DNA from: Chrysomallon squamiferum
Taxonomy: Eukaryota > Animalia > Mollusca
Length of the DNA stretch: 64,000 nucleotides
Assembly (NCBI GenBank): GCA_012295275.1
Contig: CM022672.1
Span: 26,784,001-26,848,000 of the forward strand
Direction of reading: 5' to 3'
Positions 1 through 15,353 of this stretch are shown in pieces (position 1 is the first letter of the stretch; every line of letters begins with the position of its first letter). Made by a program: the position numbers and the translations under genes. The notes beneath the pieces were generated by a model that saw nothing but the letters and a program-made list of their open reading frames with translations, did no database searches and had not been told where the DNA came from.

Positions 1-747
1 TTGCAGTGTTATTTCCTTAAGGCAAAATTATTTGGAGCATAAATTGCTGGGAGTTGCTGGTTACAATATGTTTGCAGATTAAATAGATTTAAACAGTGGC
101 AGAACATTCTTTTAAGAATAATTAATTTTATAATCAGTGTTACATTTTCCATTAACAGATTTCAGTATTCATTTGTAATCAGATTTGATAATTAAAATGT
201 TCTTTCATTAGAAAATAAGTTCATTTTATATATAAAATATTAATTTTTAATGAAATAAAATAATAATAATAATAATAAAAAAAGAGCCTATGTAAAAAAA
301 AAAGTATGTCTATATAGCTTAAAATCCTCAGTTACAAGAAATATAAATACAAATTAATAAATATTAAAACCTTTAATATCTAGAAGCTTTTTTTCATCAA
401 AAGCTTTGTTTACTTCTTAAGAAAATAAATAAAATAAAAGATTAATTTAATAATAATAATAATAATCAGTATCATTAGAATAATATGGAAAAAGTTTTAA
501 TTTCTGTGTAAACTGGTTTAAATTTTGCTACAGAAAAATACAACAGAAACAACAACAAAAAAACAACCTAAGAAAGAAATGATAAAAATCAATAGGCTAA
601 TCTTGTACAAGGTTTTCTACTTGGCACACAATATGTAATTTTTTTTTATATGACTAATGGTGATTTTTTATCTTGTTGACATGTGATGTTGATGCTACTG
701 ATGTAGAAAACAGAATGATGTTATTGTTGAGACTATACAGATAAATA

Positions 748-1144
<397 letters not shown>

Positions 1145-1569
1145 GTACATCAAACCATTCCTGAACATCATTCAGGACAACAGAGCTAATATATTTTGAC
1201 TTACATTAACAAAGAAATATTCCCAGTTGCTAAATAAAGCTTTATCATTAGTTTCAATTATTAATATATATGTGTACTCGGAATGTATGGTGACTTCGAT
1301 GTACATAAAGCTGGATTTATTGCTTTTACCTGTATGCTAATTACAAAAGTATCTGCTGAATTGTGAAAGCTTTCATATCTCTCTCTTATAAGTAGTGTAA
1401 TAAATGCAAGCAGGTTTTGTATCAGAGTTGTTATAGTACTGTAACAAATGGTTTTTTGGGGTTTTTGGTTTTTTTTTTTCAATTTTTCTTGAACATTAAG
1501 TTATTATTATTATTATTTTTATTCTCATTATTATTATTATTATTATTAGTAGTAGTAGTAGTAGTAGTA

Positions 1570-1634
<65 letters not shown>

Positions 1635-2225
1635 CCCTAAATAATGTGATGATCTCAGGTATTGTTTCCTGATTTATCATATAATAAATATTAACTTTAG
1701 ACAATAATATTAATAGAGACAAAAAAAAAAAATCCGGTATAATTTTTTCTTAGACAGAAAACAGATGGATGAAGTTATGAATATATAGTGTGTCAGAGTC
1801 TGTTTACACATAAATATATATATAGAAAGACAAACATAAAAACAAATGTGTAAATTGATAAACATGTATTTGCATGTAAGTTCATACATAAGTTATTATA
1901 TATGTGTGGGTGTTCAAGCCAGTCATATGTTATAGACAATTTATATAGCAATGTAAGAGACAAGTAGACCAGAATAAGCCTCTACTTATATTGTAAAGTG
2001 TAAAGATATTAATACTCCAGTTGAGCCCATAGAGGTTCAGTACCTCCATTAAATTCACATTATGGGAATTTTTATTATTAATATTACACTGTGAATACTA
2101 ATATCCAAGAAAAACAGCCTGATTATAAAATATTCTTGATAAATAGCAAATATAAATATAAATAGATGAATGCATGCATACACACATAAGATACACATAT
2201 ACATATTCTTCTCTGTGTGTGTGTT

Positions 2226-2269
<44 letters not shown>

Positions 2270-2458
2270 TACATAGATGAATGCATGCATACACACATAA
2301 CATACACATATAAATATACTTCTCTGTGTATGTGTGTGTTTGTATGTGTATATATATATATATATAGGCCTACACACACACACATATATATAGATTTCAG
2401 AGAGATATATCCACTCCTGAGAAAAACGTAAAGATCAGATAAATGTTTTTGGTTGCAG

Positions 2459-2900
2459 CTGAAGATAACAGTGACAGTATAGGTCCATGTGCTGTGGTCC
2501 TGACAGTCATCTCTTACATCCTTGTTGGAATCACATTTCCTCTCTCACTGTGTGTGTGCATAAAGGTAAGTTTCACTTCACCTCTCTTTCTTCACCTTTG
2601 TGTCTCTTAGTTTATAAATGATTAGAATGACAGGTTGGAGGATCAGTCCTTGTAATTGTAGTTACCGAGTAATTACCCAATCCAACCTGTTGCTCACAGA
2701 TTTATTAAGGTATTTGATGATATGCATAAAATTCAAAATGTTATTTTAAAAATTGTACAGACTGTCTGTGTAAGCTGTAAATAAATGGAATTAATATTTA
2801 CACATAGATGCTATTCTGATGCTATTTCCTTACATCCCAAAATCCAAAATATTCTGAAATCTGGAATATTCTTAAATCTTGATAAAAGATTTTCAATCTG

Positions 2901-2944
<44 letters not shown>

Positions 2945-3759
2945 TAATTAGTTACAAAGAAATTAATTGTTACTGGTAGAGACTTCACTAATGGTCTCTA
3001 ATAAACATCTAATAAAATAATCTGTGTATTTTCACCATCACTAAAAAACCCAAAGATGAAACAAAAGTCTTCAATTACTTTGTACTTACTTTTTATCAAT
3101 AATAATATTTTGTCAGAGATAATCTTACAGTTAATGATTTGGAAAGTATGGTTTTTCTTTTCTTTAAAACCATCTGGTTTACAAAACCACTTATTCTACA
3201 GTGTTTGAGTGTTTTATTTATAATATTATGTCAATATCTTATTGTACTTATATGTAGAACAATAAGTTCAGTAATGATAAGGAATATATTGTATTTCCCA
3301 CTTTCAAAAGAAGTATTTCACAAATGATACACCGGCAGTGTTTGAGTGTTTTACTTTATTAATATTTATTCAGTATTTATTCTGTAATGTATACAGAACA
3401 ATAATCTTAGTAATGATTAGGAGCATATTGTAGTTCCCAGCTTAAAACAAGGCATTGAAAATCAATTCTAACATTAATAACTTTAACATAATATTCTGAC
3501 AATACTTTATTATATACAGAACAATAATTTTGTTATAGATATTTAACATAATTTGAATTTCACAGCTTAAAACAAGTAATTAAAAAAACAGTTTATGTTT
3601 TAATAACTTTTCCATTGTAATATTTTATCAGTACTTTATTATATACAGAACAATAATTTTGTTATAGATATTTAACATTATTTGTATTTCCTAGCTTAAA
3701 ACCAGTAATTAAAAAACAATGCATACTTTAATAACTTTTCCATTGTAATATTTTGTCAG

Positions 3760-3798
<39 letters not shown>

Positions 3799-6700
3799 CA
3801 ATAATAATTTTGGTGTAGATATTTAACATAATTTGTATTTTGCAGCTTAAAACAATAATTTAATAATTTTGATATTATAACATCTTGCCAGTATCCTGTT
3901 GTCATACCAGTATAATAAACCTGGTAAAGATACTGAATATATTATATTTTTCAGTTTAAAATGTACTTTAATAACATAACTACTATATTATGTTATCAAT
4001 ACTCTGTTATATACCAATACAATAAAGCTAGAAAAAATATTGAACATCCTTTAGTTCTCATGATCAAAACTATTGAACCCTTTGTTGTGCAAACAAAAAA
4101 TAATTGACTAATTGATTTTGTTTCTGTAAAATATAACGTGAAATATTTCTTTTTTGGTCTCTTTGGTTAGCATTCCATGTTATATATATCTGAAAAAAAA
4201 GAGCAAAAAGTGCTTGATAAATCAGTTCAATTTTTAAAAACATTATTTACTTTTATTCTTTGATCACAAGAATTAGAACAATAACAATAAATCAAAGAAT
4301 ATTACTTATTATTTTTGGTTATTAATTAAACAGGAGTTTAGAATATTTTGTTTTTGTTACAAATTTTTAATTTATTTTACAGGTTGTTCAGGAATATGAA
4401 AGAGCAGTGATTTTCAGATTAGGAAGGCTACTAAGTGGGGGGGCCAAAGGTCCAGGTAAATTGGTTAAATTATTAAATATTTTCTTTTAAATTATGTAAC
4501 AGTAAGAAAATTATTTATTATTTACACAGCCAAAGGTTCAAGTAAGTTGGTTAAATTATTAAATAAATTCTTTTAAATTATACAACAGTAAGAAAAATAT
4601 TTACTGTTCAATAATTTTAGATTTTTTTAAGAGAGAAAAGACAAGACCTGAGAAGAGACAGAGTGTGTATGTAAATATGAATTAGGTTTAACTGAACAGA
4701 GTAACTGTTATTAACAGTCTTTACTAACTTCAGTCTGAGAGTGAAAAAAAATTACACAGACATTAACAGAATAATAGTATTTTGCCTCAGCAGATAAAAA
4801 ATTATAAAGTGATAAAAAACTCAAAAGTTTGTTTAAATTATTAAGATATTAAATATGTTCTTTTCTGAGCATAGAAAAAAGGTTATAAATAAAACATTCC
4901 TTGCTGCTAATTTACAAGAATAGTGTAAAATGATGTGGCATCAGAATTGTGTGTTTATAATGTATGTCTTATGAAAGGCAAGAATATATATTTTCTCAGT
5001 CGGTGGGAAGGTGCATATTAAACACATTTTGCTGCTAAGCAATTAATATAGTTCAAAGACTTCTTGTTTTCCTCTTTCATTTCATTGCTGTTTATGAAGC
5101 ACATGACTGACAGCTAATAAGTCTTAAAATAAAAATCTGTTGATGTTTTATTAAATATTCATTGCATGTCATACTCTATCGTTACAAATCTGTATCAGTG
5201 ATACCTGGTTGCTGACAATAGCTGTACACGAAGAGGTGATAAAACATTAATTTGTTTTATACTCAGTACATTGATAAGAGACCGGACGTGTGAATAAAAA
5301 TCTCTTGTAGTCATTCTTCACTACAGCAATCAGAATAAATGTTAGCAAATCTGTAGGATAAAAAAGAAGAAAAAAAAATCCAAATTGAATGTGAAAGGTT
5401 TTATTGATTGAGCGGAAAGAATTTATTTTTTTTTAATGTTTTTTTCATTAATTATTTAGTCAAGAGCTGGTGAGTGTCATATGCAGAGCTGTTTTTTTTA
5501 ACCTTGATCATATTTTCTGTGATTTTATTACAAGTAAAAATTGTTTGATAATAAGGTGTAATACATCAGTGTCTGTGGTAAAAACCTGGATTACAGAAAA
5601 ATTAGATCCTTCATACTTCTAGGTGAATCTGTTATTATTGATGTTGCTGCTGGTTATTATATTCAGAATTATTACAATTTCTATAATATACTTAAATAAA
5701 GAATGAAAAAAAAAGATTGGTAACTTTATTTTAAATAAATTAATTAACAAATAAAATAATGAGCAAAATATGTATTAGTACATTCTGTAACTATTTTATA
5801 GACATACGAAAATAAAATGTTTTTTTCTAGTAATATCTTTCTACTGCTTAGAATCATTGTCTAAACAAGTTATTTTATATACGTTTATTTGCATATGTTT
5901 AAAAGTGATTTTTCTTTTTTAACTTAACATTAACAGAACAGTGAAATGTTTGAAAATTTTGTCATATACAGCAACTTTACACCATTACAAAGGAATTATT
6001 TCAGTCCAGTATAGATATTACAAGGGTTTTGAGAAATGAACAGATGTTTAAATTATTGTACAAACTACTTCATTTATTTTAATTCTAAAATCGTTACATA
6101 AGCAGATAGCCTTAGGCATATTGTATGCCCATCATGAAGGCTCATTTATTTTGAAAAACAGAAATGTACCATTCTATAACCAATACAAATAGTGAGATCA
6201 ACATATTGGGTAGCTGATGCTTTTATAACTGACAAACAGGTAACACTATATGTATAAATAGTGAGATTATCTCATATTTACCAACATATTTGGATAGGTC
6301 ACAACATTATAACTGACATTCATTCATCTAGCAATATGAGTAAATCCTCAGAGAAGCATGTTTGTTTAGAACTGTGTTATTCAATTACATAGAAAATGAA
6401 TTCTTAAGGAATTCAGAAATGAATAGCTATTGATTTACACACATTTTTATAGTAAGATCCGTTAAATGGCAAATATATGAATTTTGATGTAATAATAACA
6501 ACATAGAGAGTAAATCTACTTCAGCCATCTTTAATATACCCAAACAAGTTAGCAGCAAGGAATCTTTTTCATATATCGTTAAATAGTTTTACAGTTTTTG
6601 GTCAATAACATATACATATATGTTTTTTGCAATCACTGTAAATAGTGGCAAGATACCATGACTAGATAAATTTCTTTATTTCCAATCATTGACCAAAAAC

Positions 6701-7706
6701 ATACGGTTTTGGGTTGGAACTATTATTACCTTGATTCTTACTATATGTGTATTGTTCAGTTATTCTTTGGTGTTTAATTGCTGGTTTAGATCTTAATAGA
6801 CTGATTTTCATGTTAAAAAAATAACAAATGAATTATTGTTATTAAAAACTATTTTGATATATAGTGTTTGTAGGCAGAAATATGCATGCCAGAATCTACT
6901 ACTCTTGAGAGCAGCAAGTTAAGAAATAAAACAGTTAATTTCATTTGGTCTTTGTATTATTTATGTCTGTGGGATAAAAGAAATAACTGGTTACTGTCTT
7001 AAGATATCAGCTTCAAGTTGAGTGGCAAATGCAGCTCAGTAGAGCCTCACTGCAAACCAGCAGTTTAAAGCTGATATCTTAAGACACTAATCTGTTATTC
7101 GCTATTTATACATGCAAATGTGAATATTTTGCTTTCAGGAATATTTTTTGTACTGCCATGCATTGAACAGTACTCAAAGGTAGATCTCAGAACAGTGTCC
7201 TTTGATGTTCCACCACAAGAGGTTCGTTACACTGTTAATATTTCTGTGTGTCTGTTAATAATTATCTGTGCAGCAAAAAGACAATTAAAAATGGAACTGA
7301 AAAAAAAAAAAAAAAAAAAAATTAAATAAATAAATATTTCTAATAAAAATATCTGTCAGGTCCCAAAAGTGGTTGTGTAATATTTGAAAAATGTGTAAGA
7401 ACATTGACCTAAAAAACAAATGGTGTTTAGAATGGTCTTTTCAGTTATTTCCTGTTCCAAATAGAGCCATTTAATTGGTTTATCACAGGTTAAACATAAC
7501 ATTTTCTTAATGTGTGACAGAGTTAATGTCCTTTGAGCTTTTTGCTATACTAACCAACAGTCTCAACTTAATCACCACAGACAACAGAGTGGCATGTCTT
7601 GTATATAGTTGAGATAGTGGAAATAAGAAATAACATCACATTTACTGGAAAAAGAATGACATTTCTCTCTATATATATAAAGAATAATATATATTTTATT
7701 TTATTT

Positions 7707-7739
<33 letters not shown>

Positions 7740-10700
7740 CATGAATATATATGTATGTATGTATGTATCAGAATTATTAAATGTTTAGTTGCTAATTAAA
7801 TACATTTAAAAAAAAAAGAAAAAAAAAGGCATAACTGTTGTTGTCTTTGTTTATTTTTAAATTTTATTTTACTGTATTTATTATTATTATTTTTTTATTT
7901 ATTTAGGTCTTAACCAAAGACAGTGTTACAGTGTCAGTGGACGCTGTTGTTTACTACAGGATCCACAACCCAACAGTTTCTGTGGCAAATGTTGAGAACG
8001 CATCACACTCCACTCAGCTCCTGGCACAGACAACACTGCGAAATGTCCTCGGCACAAAGAATCTTGCTGAAATTCTGCAAGAGAGAGACATCATAAGTCA
8101 TAGCATGCAGGTGAGTTGTGTGTTAGTCACTTGGTCAAGTTGTGTGTTAGTCACTTGATCAAGTTGTGTGTTAGTCACTTGATCGAGTTGTGTGTTAGTC
8201 ACTTGATCGTGTTGTAATGTTAGTCACTTGATCAAGTTGTGTGTTAGTCACTTTATCAAGTTGTATGTTAGTCACTTGATCAAGTTGTAATGTTAGTCAC
8301 TTGATCAAGTTGTATGTTAGTCACTTGATCGTGTTGTATGTTAGTCACTTGATCATGTTGTGTGTTAGTCACTTGATCAAGTTGTGTGTTAGTCACTTGA
8401 TCATGTTCTGTGTTAGTCACTTGATCAAGTTGTATGTTAGAAACGTGATCACATCTGTCTGGGTGTCAGGCAGTTCAGGTGAAGAAAGGCAGGATGTAGA
8501 TTAATTTTTGTCCAGTTTAAATGATATTTCATGACACGTCTGTCTGACTCTGTGTCTATTTGTTTATGTGTTGACTGTATTTTTATTAAATGGATTTGGG
8601 TTTTGTTTTCTTATTGGTTTTTTAGTGGGCGGCAGTGGTAGTGTTTTTATAGCTTTTATTATTATTATTATTTATAAGATTATTATAATCATTATTATTT
8701 GTCATTACTATTATTATTATTATCATTACTATCATTATCATCATCATCATTACTAATACATTTCTTTTCTTAATTAGAAATATATTTGTACAAATGATTC
8801 TCATACAATACTGTTTGTTTCCAGTATTATTTGTAATATTATTATAATCATCAGTATTATTGTTATCATCATCATCATCCTCAACATCATTATTAACACT
8901 TTTTTTTTTCTTAATTAGAAATATATTTGTACAAAGGATTTTCAAACAATGCTGTTTGTTTGAACAAATTGATTATCTGGTAATGTTATTTCCAGATACT
9001 GGCTTAGACCAACCTTTATGCATGAAGTAAGCAAACAGCAACATCTAGCACTGTTTTCCATCAAACATTGGCTGCAGCAAAAATCTCAGTTAATGGTGAT
9101 TTGAAATGAATGTGAAGCCATTAGCAGCTCACTTCAGCTACATACCTACATTAGTTGCGTCTGATGTCAAAGTAAAGCTCATGATTAGGTTATTATATGT
9201 TGTGAAAAAAAGGATGACGATGATGATAATAATGTTGTTGATGATGTTGTTGGCAAGTTTATCTGGTTATCAAGTTACTTTAGAACAATTTTAAAAGATG
9301 AAACGATGATGATTATATTATGGAATTGTCAGAAATATTGTCAGAATTGTCATTACAGATCTAGTGATAATGTAAATGATAGTAAGATCCTCATGAAAAT
9401 GATCATGAAAATAATGATTATCAAAACTATAACAAAATTGATTCTGGAAACATATTACATTGATAAATGATGATGATGATTATGATGATGATAAAAATAA
9501 TGATTATCAAAACTATATTGAAATTGATTCAGGAAACACTTTCATTGGTAAATGATGATAATGATGAAAATAATTGTTATGAAAACTACAATGAGACTGA
9601 TTCTGGAAACACATTTAGAGTAGTTAATTCCAAATTTGACTTGATGACTTCATTGAGGTCGTTTTCAGAAACTCCATTTCTTCTGGGAATTGTTTTGATT
9701 TGAGTTCATGTATTTCAGGACATGTTCTTTAGTCCCTCAGTGGCATGAAGTGATTGTAAATAGTGAAATGTGTATTAGTATACAGATCAGTGTATACAAA
9801 CACACAGAAAGAGGTATAAATGAAATGCATTATTCCATTATAACATAAAACGATTTCTGCTAAGATAAAAATAATTTGTTCAAGCATTGATCTTGTCAAA
9901 ATGAAATTCAATTTGTTTTTGGTCAATTTAATTATTATTGACATTCAAACTGTCACTGTTGTTTGCCCTTAAACTCATGTGTGAAAAGTAAGTGTATATT
10001 TCATCATAATATTTAATAATTTTTGAGAAGGATTTCGTCTGTGATTACACTGATTTGTATCATATTATTAACTGTGAAAGGATAATTAAATCTAATCTAC
10101 CAAGGACATTTCTTTTGTTTTTTTCTGGGGTTTTTTCACATATTGTCATGTTAAATATAAACATGTTGTGAAGGTGGACTCTTTCTGTTCAAAGCATGAA
10201 CATGTAAAATTTGTATAATTTATAAACGGAAAAAAACACAACCCCCTCTCCCCCAAGAATGCCATGAATCCAAGAAATCTTTAGTATACAGCTAAAATTT
10301 TATATGGAAGCATATTCTGTGGTCTTTTAAATTGATAATAACAGAGCATCAAGTATGTTACACTATCAGTTGTTTTATAGGTATAGTGTTAAAATTAATA
10401 TTCATTTCCTTGACACTTAATCATTTTTGATATTAAAATGTATTGTGGTGACATATTTATTTATTTATGAAGTTATACATTTACAGAATATTATGTTGAC
10501 ATGTTGTATCAATAACTTGAAATTCAGTTTCATGTTTTTAAATTTGTTATGTTGTTATTTTAATTTAATTACTGATTTTTTATTTTATTTTTTTTTCCAG
10601 TCTATTTTAGATGAAGCTACTGACCGATGGGGAATTCGCGTGGAAAGAGTAGAAATGTAAGTAAGAAGTTACATTTACATGACATAAAGTAATAAATAAA

Positions 10701-11403
10701 TGTTTAATGACCCCAGTAAAAAAATGTTTAAGGCTGGGGCCCCTAGATTAAATATTATTAAAGTGATAAAAGTTCAATGACTTATGTAGTATCTGTTTTA
10801 TGAAAGTGTGAATACATATATTTATATAGCTGGTATATATAACTGTAAATTTGATGGGTGTGTATTAATTACATAAGGGTTGTGTGTGTGTGTCTAGATA
10901 ATAAATAAAAATAACTGTCTGATTTTCACAGAAAGGATGTGAGGCTGCCAGTTCAGCTACAGAGAGCTATGGCAGCTGAGGCAGAGGCAGCTCGTGAGGC
11001 CAAAGCAAAGGTAAAACAGACTGAGTCTCCTGGACTGGGTTTTATATCAGCACCTGTTTGCACATATCACGAATATTTCATTTCCTACTGTTATACATCA
11101 TTTATCATTTATCAGTAGCATTGTTACAGAGTGTTTAAAAGAATTCACCTTTATAACAAACAACAGTATATCATTTATATGTTTACGAAAGAGTATGTCA
11201 AAAATGAGATGTGTATCAAAGTGATGAATATCAAAGCGACACGTAAGAAATAAGTCTGTATCAAAATGATGTGTAGGTCTAACAAAGATGATACATTGAT
11301 CTACCAATTTACACTGGTTAATAAGTTTTGTAATTTCAAGAAATGTTACAACATATGGTGTCTGAAAAATGCCATATCACAGAATTTTATCAAAATTACT
11401 TGA

Positions 11404-11468
<65 letters not shown>

Positions 11469-11733
11469 GAGTTACTAATAATGTATGCACCAGATTTATT
11501 TTTTAATTATTTTTTTTATTCTTTATTTCTTTATTTCCTTATATATTTATATCAATGACCAGACTCTAACTAATCTATGTAAATTCAACAATTTCTGGAA
11601 GAAATGAAAGATAAAAAATGTATTATAAATATCAGGCAAGGGAGGTAATTTTCAGCAATGTGAGTAATAATGTGAAACAAGATGAATAGCATTTTTTATT
11701 GTTCTAGCACAAAGTAAATAAGTAAGTAAGTAA

Positions 11734-11766
<33 letters not shown>

Positions 11767-12002
11767 GTAATAATAATGCACTGGGGATTTAATGTTTTGA
11801 ATTACTTGTGCAGGTTATAGCAGCTGAGGGAGAACAGAAGGCTTCATTTGCTCTGAGAGAGGCGGCCAATGTGATATCAGGTTCACCAGCAGCTCTACAG
11901 CTGAGATACCTGCAGACGCTCAACTCCATTTCATCAGAGAAAAACTCCACAATCATTTTCCCACTGCCCATGTCCCTGATGGAAGCCTTCATAAGAAAGT
12001 AA
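2459..12002 (+). CDS. STOM: Stomatin / band-7 (SPFH) family membrane protein, MEC-2/stomatin-like; 5'-partial, 7 exons seen
   Basis: Exons 2459-2565, 4383-4455, 7139-7221, 7907-8110, 10601-10656, 10932-11010 and 11814-12002 are all AG/GT bounded with consistent phases. They splice to ...[159 protein letters not shown], which is canonical stomatin. The ATG-bearing first exon was not found. Confidence 0.93.
3195..4070. repeat. Degenerate tandem repeat of about 120-145 bp, about 7 copies, in a stomatin intron
   Basis: Recurrent blocks ATACAGAACAATAAT...ATATTTAACATAATTTGTATTTC..AGCTTAAAAC at roughly regular spacing. Confidence 0.75.
6885..7117. mobile_element. Interspersed repeat with internal inverted repeat (hairpin), copy 1
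   Basis: Arms 6982-7013 and 7068-7099 are reverse complements at 29/32 positions. The element is clearly homologous to 28251-28473 (ATGCC.GAATCTACTACTCT.GAGAGC...AAACAGTTAATTT...). Confidence 0.7.
8114..8440. repeat. 24-bp minisatellite (TTAGTCACTTGATCAAGTTGTGTG), about 13 copies, starting at a stomatin splice donor
   Basis: Directly visible tandem array. Each intact unit contains the 12-bp palindrome ACTTGATCAAGT. Confidence 0.95.
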
Positions 12003-14172
12003 CAAATTTCACAGAACTTTGGAAATTATGTATAAAAATCTTTCTTTTTTTTCTCTCAGAATTAAATATTATCTGTGACAGGACAGAAGAATTGGTATTA
12101 TGGCAACAATGTTAATTTTGAGAAAACAATTGATTTGGTTGTAAAACAGACACTTTTTTCTTCTGTTTCAGATTTGAAATTATATGTATAAGACTGTGAT
12201 ATTCTGCTATCCATTAAAATGAAGTCATAATTATCATTGTGTTTGATACCTCAGAAACAAAATGTATAAAGTGAAATAATAATGTAGAACAAGAGTTTTC
12301 AAATAGTTATCGTTCATAAGCATACAGGGTATCAGTCAGACTTCCAATAATAAGGCAATCATGATTATTTCATTTGTCAGAAACACAGGAATTTTCCTCT
12401 AAGATAATTCATAAATCCACTAGATGTTATTAATCTGATTAGTTTCCAGATTTGATCCTTCATAAGGACACCAGGCTTAAAACATGTTGGAAGACATTCA
12501 GTCATGTGGCATCAACAAAACATAAATATAATTATTTTATTAGTCAAAACACTATCTTTTATCCAGAATTTCCAAAAACAGACTAAAAATGATATCTAGT
12601 CAGGTTAATTTTTGTTCATTAACAAATTAAGCTAAATATATGCTAATTGATTTTTACACACCCCTACCAACAATAATTAATATATGTTTCAAAGCTTATC
12701 TTATATTTGTAACTATTTAATTTCCAAAAAAAAATGTTCATATAAATTTATATTTGAAAAATATTCCCATTAATACTGAAGTGCATATAATTCAGATTTA
12801 AAAAATAATTCTATAGGGTGAACATGATGTAACTTTCAGAGTGATTGATGAGAAAATGAAAAGAATTTTCTTTTTATCTTTATAAATTTAATGTTTAAAT
12901 CATCAGTACATGATTGAGTTTCTTGTTATTTGTAACATTTTGTGACTTTTGATAGAGGTGGGCATCATTTTCTTGGTTGAGTTGCAGTAAATGGCATGAT
13001 GATTCACAATCAGTAGAGACAGTCAGTGCTAATTTTCATTAGGTTTATATGAGAATGAGCTCATGCTAGGCAAATGTGACAAATTTGGATAACCAAAAAA
13101 ATCATGTAATTCTTTTGATTTGATATGTAAAAACAAAAAAAGCACCCAAAACCTTTTTTCTTTTTTTTCCCTTTTTCTTTTTGTTTCTTTTTTGAATTCA
13201 TTCCCCCCTCCCAAAAATATAAAAATGAAAAATTAAATTAAATTCAAAGAGCATTATTTTAAATTCAGTCTCAAACTGAAGAGATATAGAATATAGAAAT
13301 CTTACTTTGAAATATTGTAATTAAAAAAGCACAGTTTAACTAAATTTTATTAAGTTAGAAATTGCTGATCTCAACATATTCTGCTGAACATATTTATTAC
13401 AACATTTACATTTTTCTATCATCATTTTAACCATTTTATTATTATTTATAATTAGTTTTAGTTACTTTTTTATTTGTATGCCTGTTACATTTTATATTCT
13501 GTTCTGACAATGTTATCTCCGTTGTATTCATCCTTTTTGTATTTAAGTTAGGAAATAGAATTGTTGCTGTGTAAATCTAATACACTGTTAAAATGAAATA
13601 ACACATAGGCTATTATGCTTTAATTCTGTTCTGAAGGTGACACTATTGTCTCCATTATATTTACCCTTTTTGTATCATTAGGAAGAAGAGTTTCTGGTGC
13701 ATAGTGCTAATAAATTGCGTCTTAAATAATGTGAAATAACATACACATATGTTTTATATTATTTTATTTCTCTTCTGATGGCCTTGCTGTTATAACCAAA
13801 GTATTTGAATTATCAGGAAATAAGAATTATTGCTACATAGTGTTAATAAATTGTTTTTAAATAAATAAAATAACAATATATATGAAGTTAATAAAAGAAA
13901 AGACTGCAATACCAACACTGCTGTTACATGATATTTTAACTGGATGTAAAATGCATAATGTGTATAATATGGATTTATACTGCTAGCTAATCAATAATAA
14001 ATGTTATTAAATGTTGGTGGATTAATTTATTAGTTTTGAAAGTTGTTTTCCTTTTTTTTTTTCTTCTTATATGTGAAACATGACTTTTAATCAAATGTAT
14101 GATTGTGGAGTGATATGTTGGTTAATTATAGACAATAAAATGCAAGTCATATAATTTTAAATTAATTTATTT

Positions 14173-14211
<39 letters not shown>

Positions 14212-15353
14212 ATGTCTGTGTATTTAAATAAATAAATAAACACACACACATTTATAATAACATCCTTCATCTTAAAAGTTAAAAAAGTTAAATTATTCTC
14301 CATTTGTTATTAATCTTTTGTTGCACTTTTTATAGATATTTCTGTATCTTCTGACTTCCTAACATTCTATAAATGTAAATATTAAATTGAATAAAATTTA
14401 TAATTATTTAACTGTTTTTAAAAACATATTTTATATACATAAGATTACATTTCATTTTTTTTTTTTTTTTTTTTTTTGAAAATTTGAATGTTTAATCACT
14501 ATTAACAAATCCTGCGTGACTTTTAATGATAATATTTTATACATATTGTTTTGTCTCTACTGTAAATATTTGTATTAAAATGTAAATATTTTCACATTCT
14601 TTATCTGAACAACTGTCATGTAATAAATATATATACACACATGTATGTACAAAAGATAATTATATACACAAACATAACTTTAAAAAATTAACAAATACAT
14701 TAGACACAAAGAAATGCCTACATACATAGATACACAAACAAAGAAAATAAATTAAATGTATGATGTAATTAATAGTTTTATAATTGTTAATAGTTTGATT
14801 GGTTTGGGCAGATAAAATAGATCATTGTTCAGATGAACAATTACTTGTGTATATTTTCTTATCTAGATAAATAAATATCACATTTGACTGCACTTGAATA
14901 TTAATAAATTGAATTTTATACATATATACACATACAGACACAAACACACACACATACATACACACATTTATATATATATTTACATGTATGTGTATCTCCT
15001 TTTTGGGGTATATGTGTTATTTATTGTGATCTATAGATTTTTGTTGTTGTTATGACAAACAGTGATATCTCACAACATTGTTATTTTAATACTTCACAAG
15101 ACTTTCTTGCATTTAGTAAATTATTGTTCGCACATATTAATATATCATTTTTTATGATTTTTATTGTGAAACATTTTAGAATATGATGTAGTAATCTTTT
15201 TGCATTACTTTGTTGTGTTAATGTTATAAATAATTTAATTGTTTATTGTGCCAAAGTGTTGTTAAATTAATAGTCTTTTTTGATAAATTAAAAGTCCTTT
15301 TAAAATAGTAATAATAATAAATTGTTTTATGTTGAAAATAAATAGTCTCTATA

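Noticed and set aside
8301-8504. ORF with repeated VSHLIKL units
   Set aside because: It is an in-frame read of the 24-bp intronic minisatellite.
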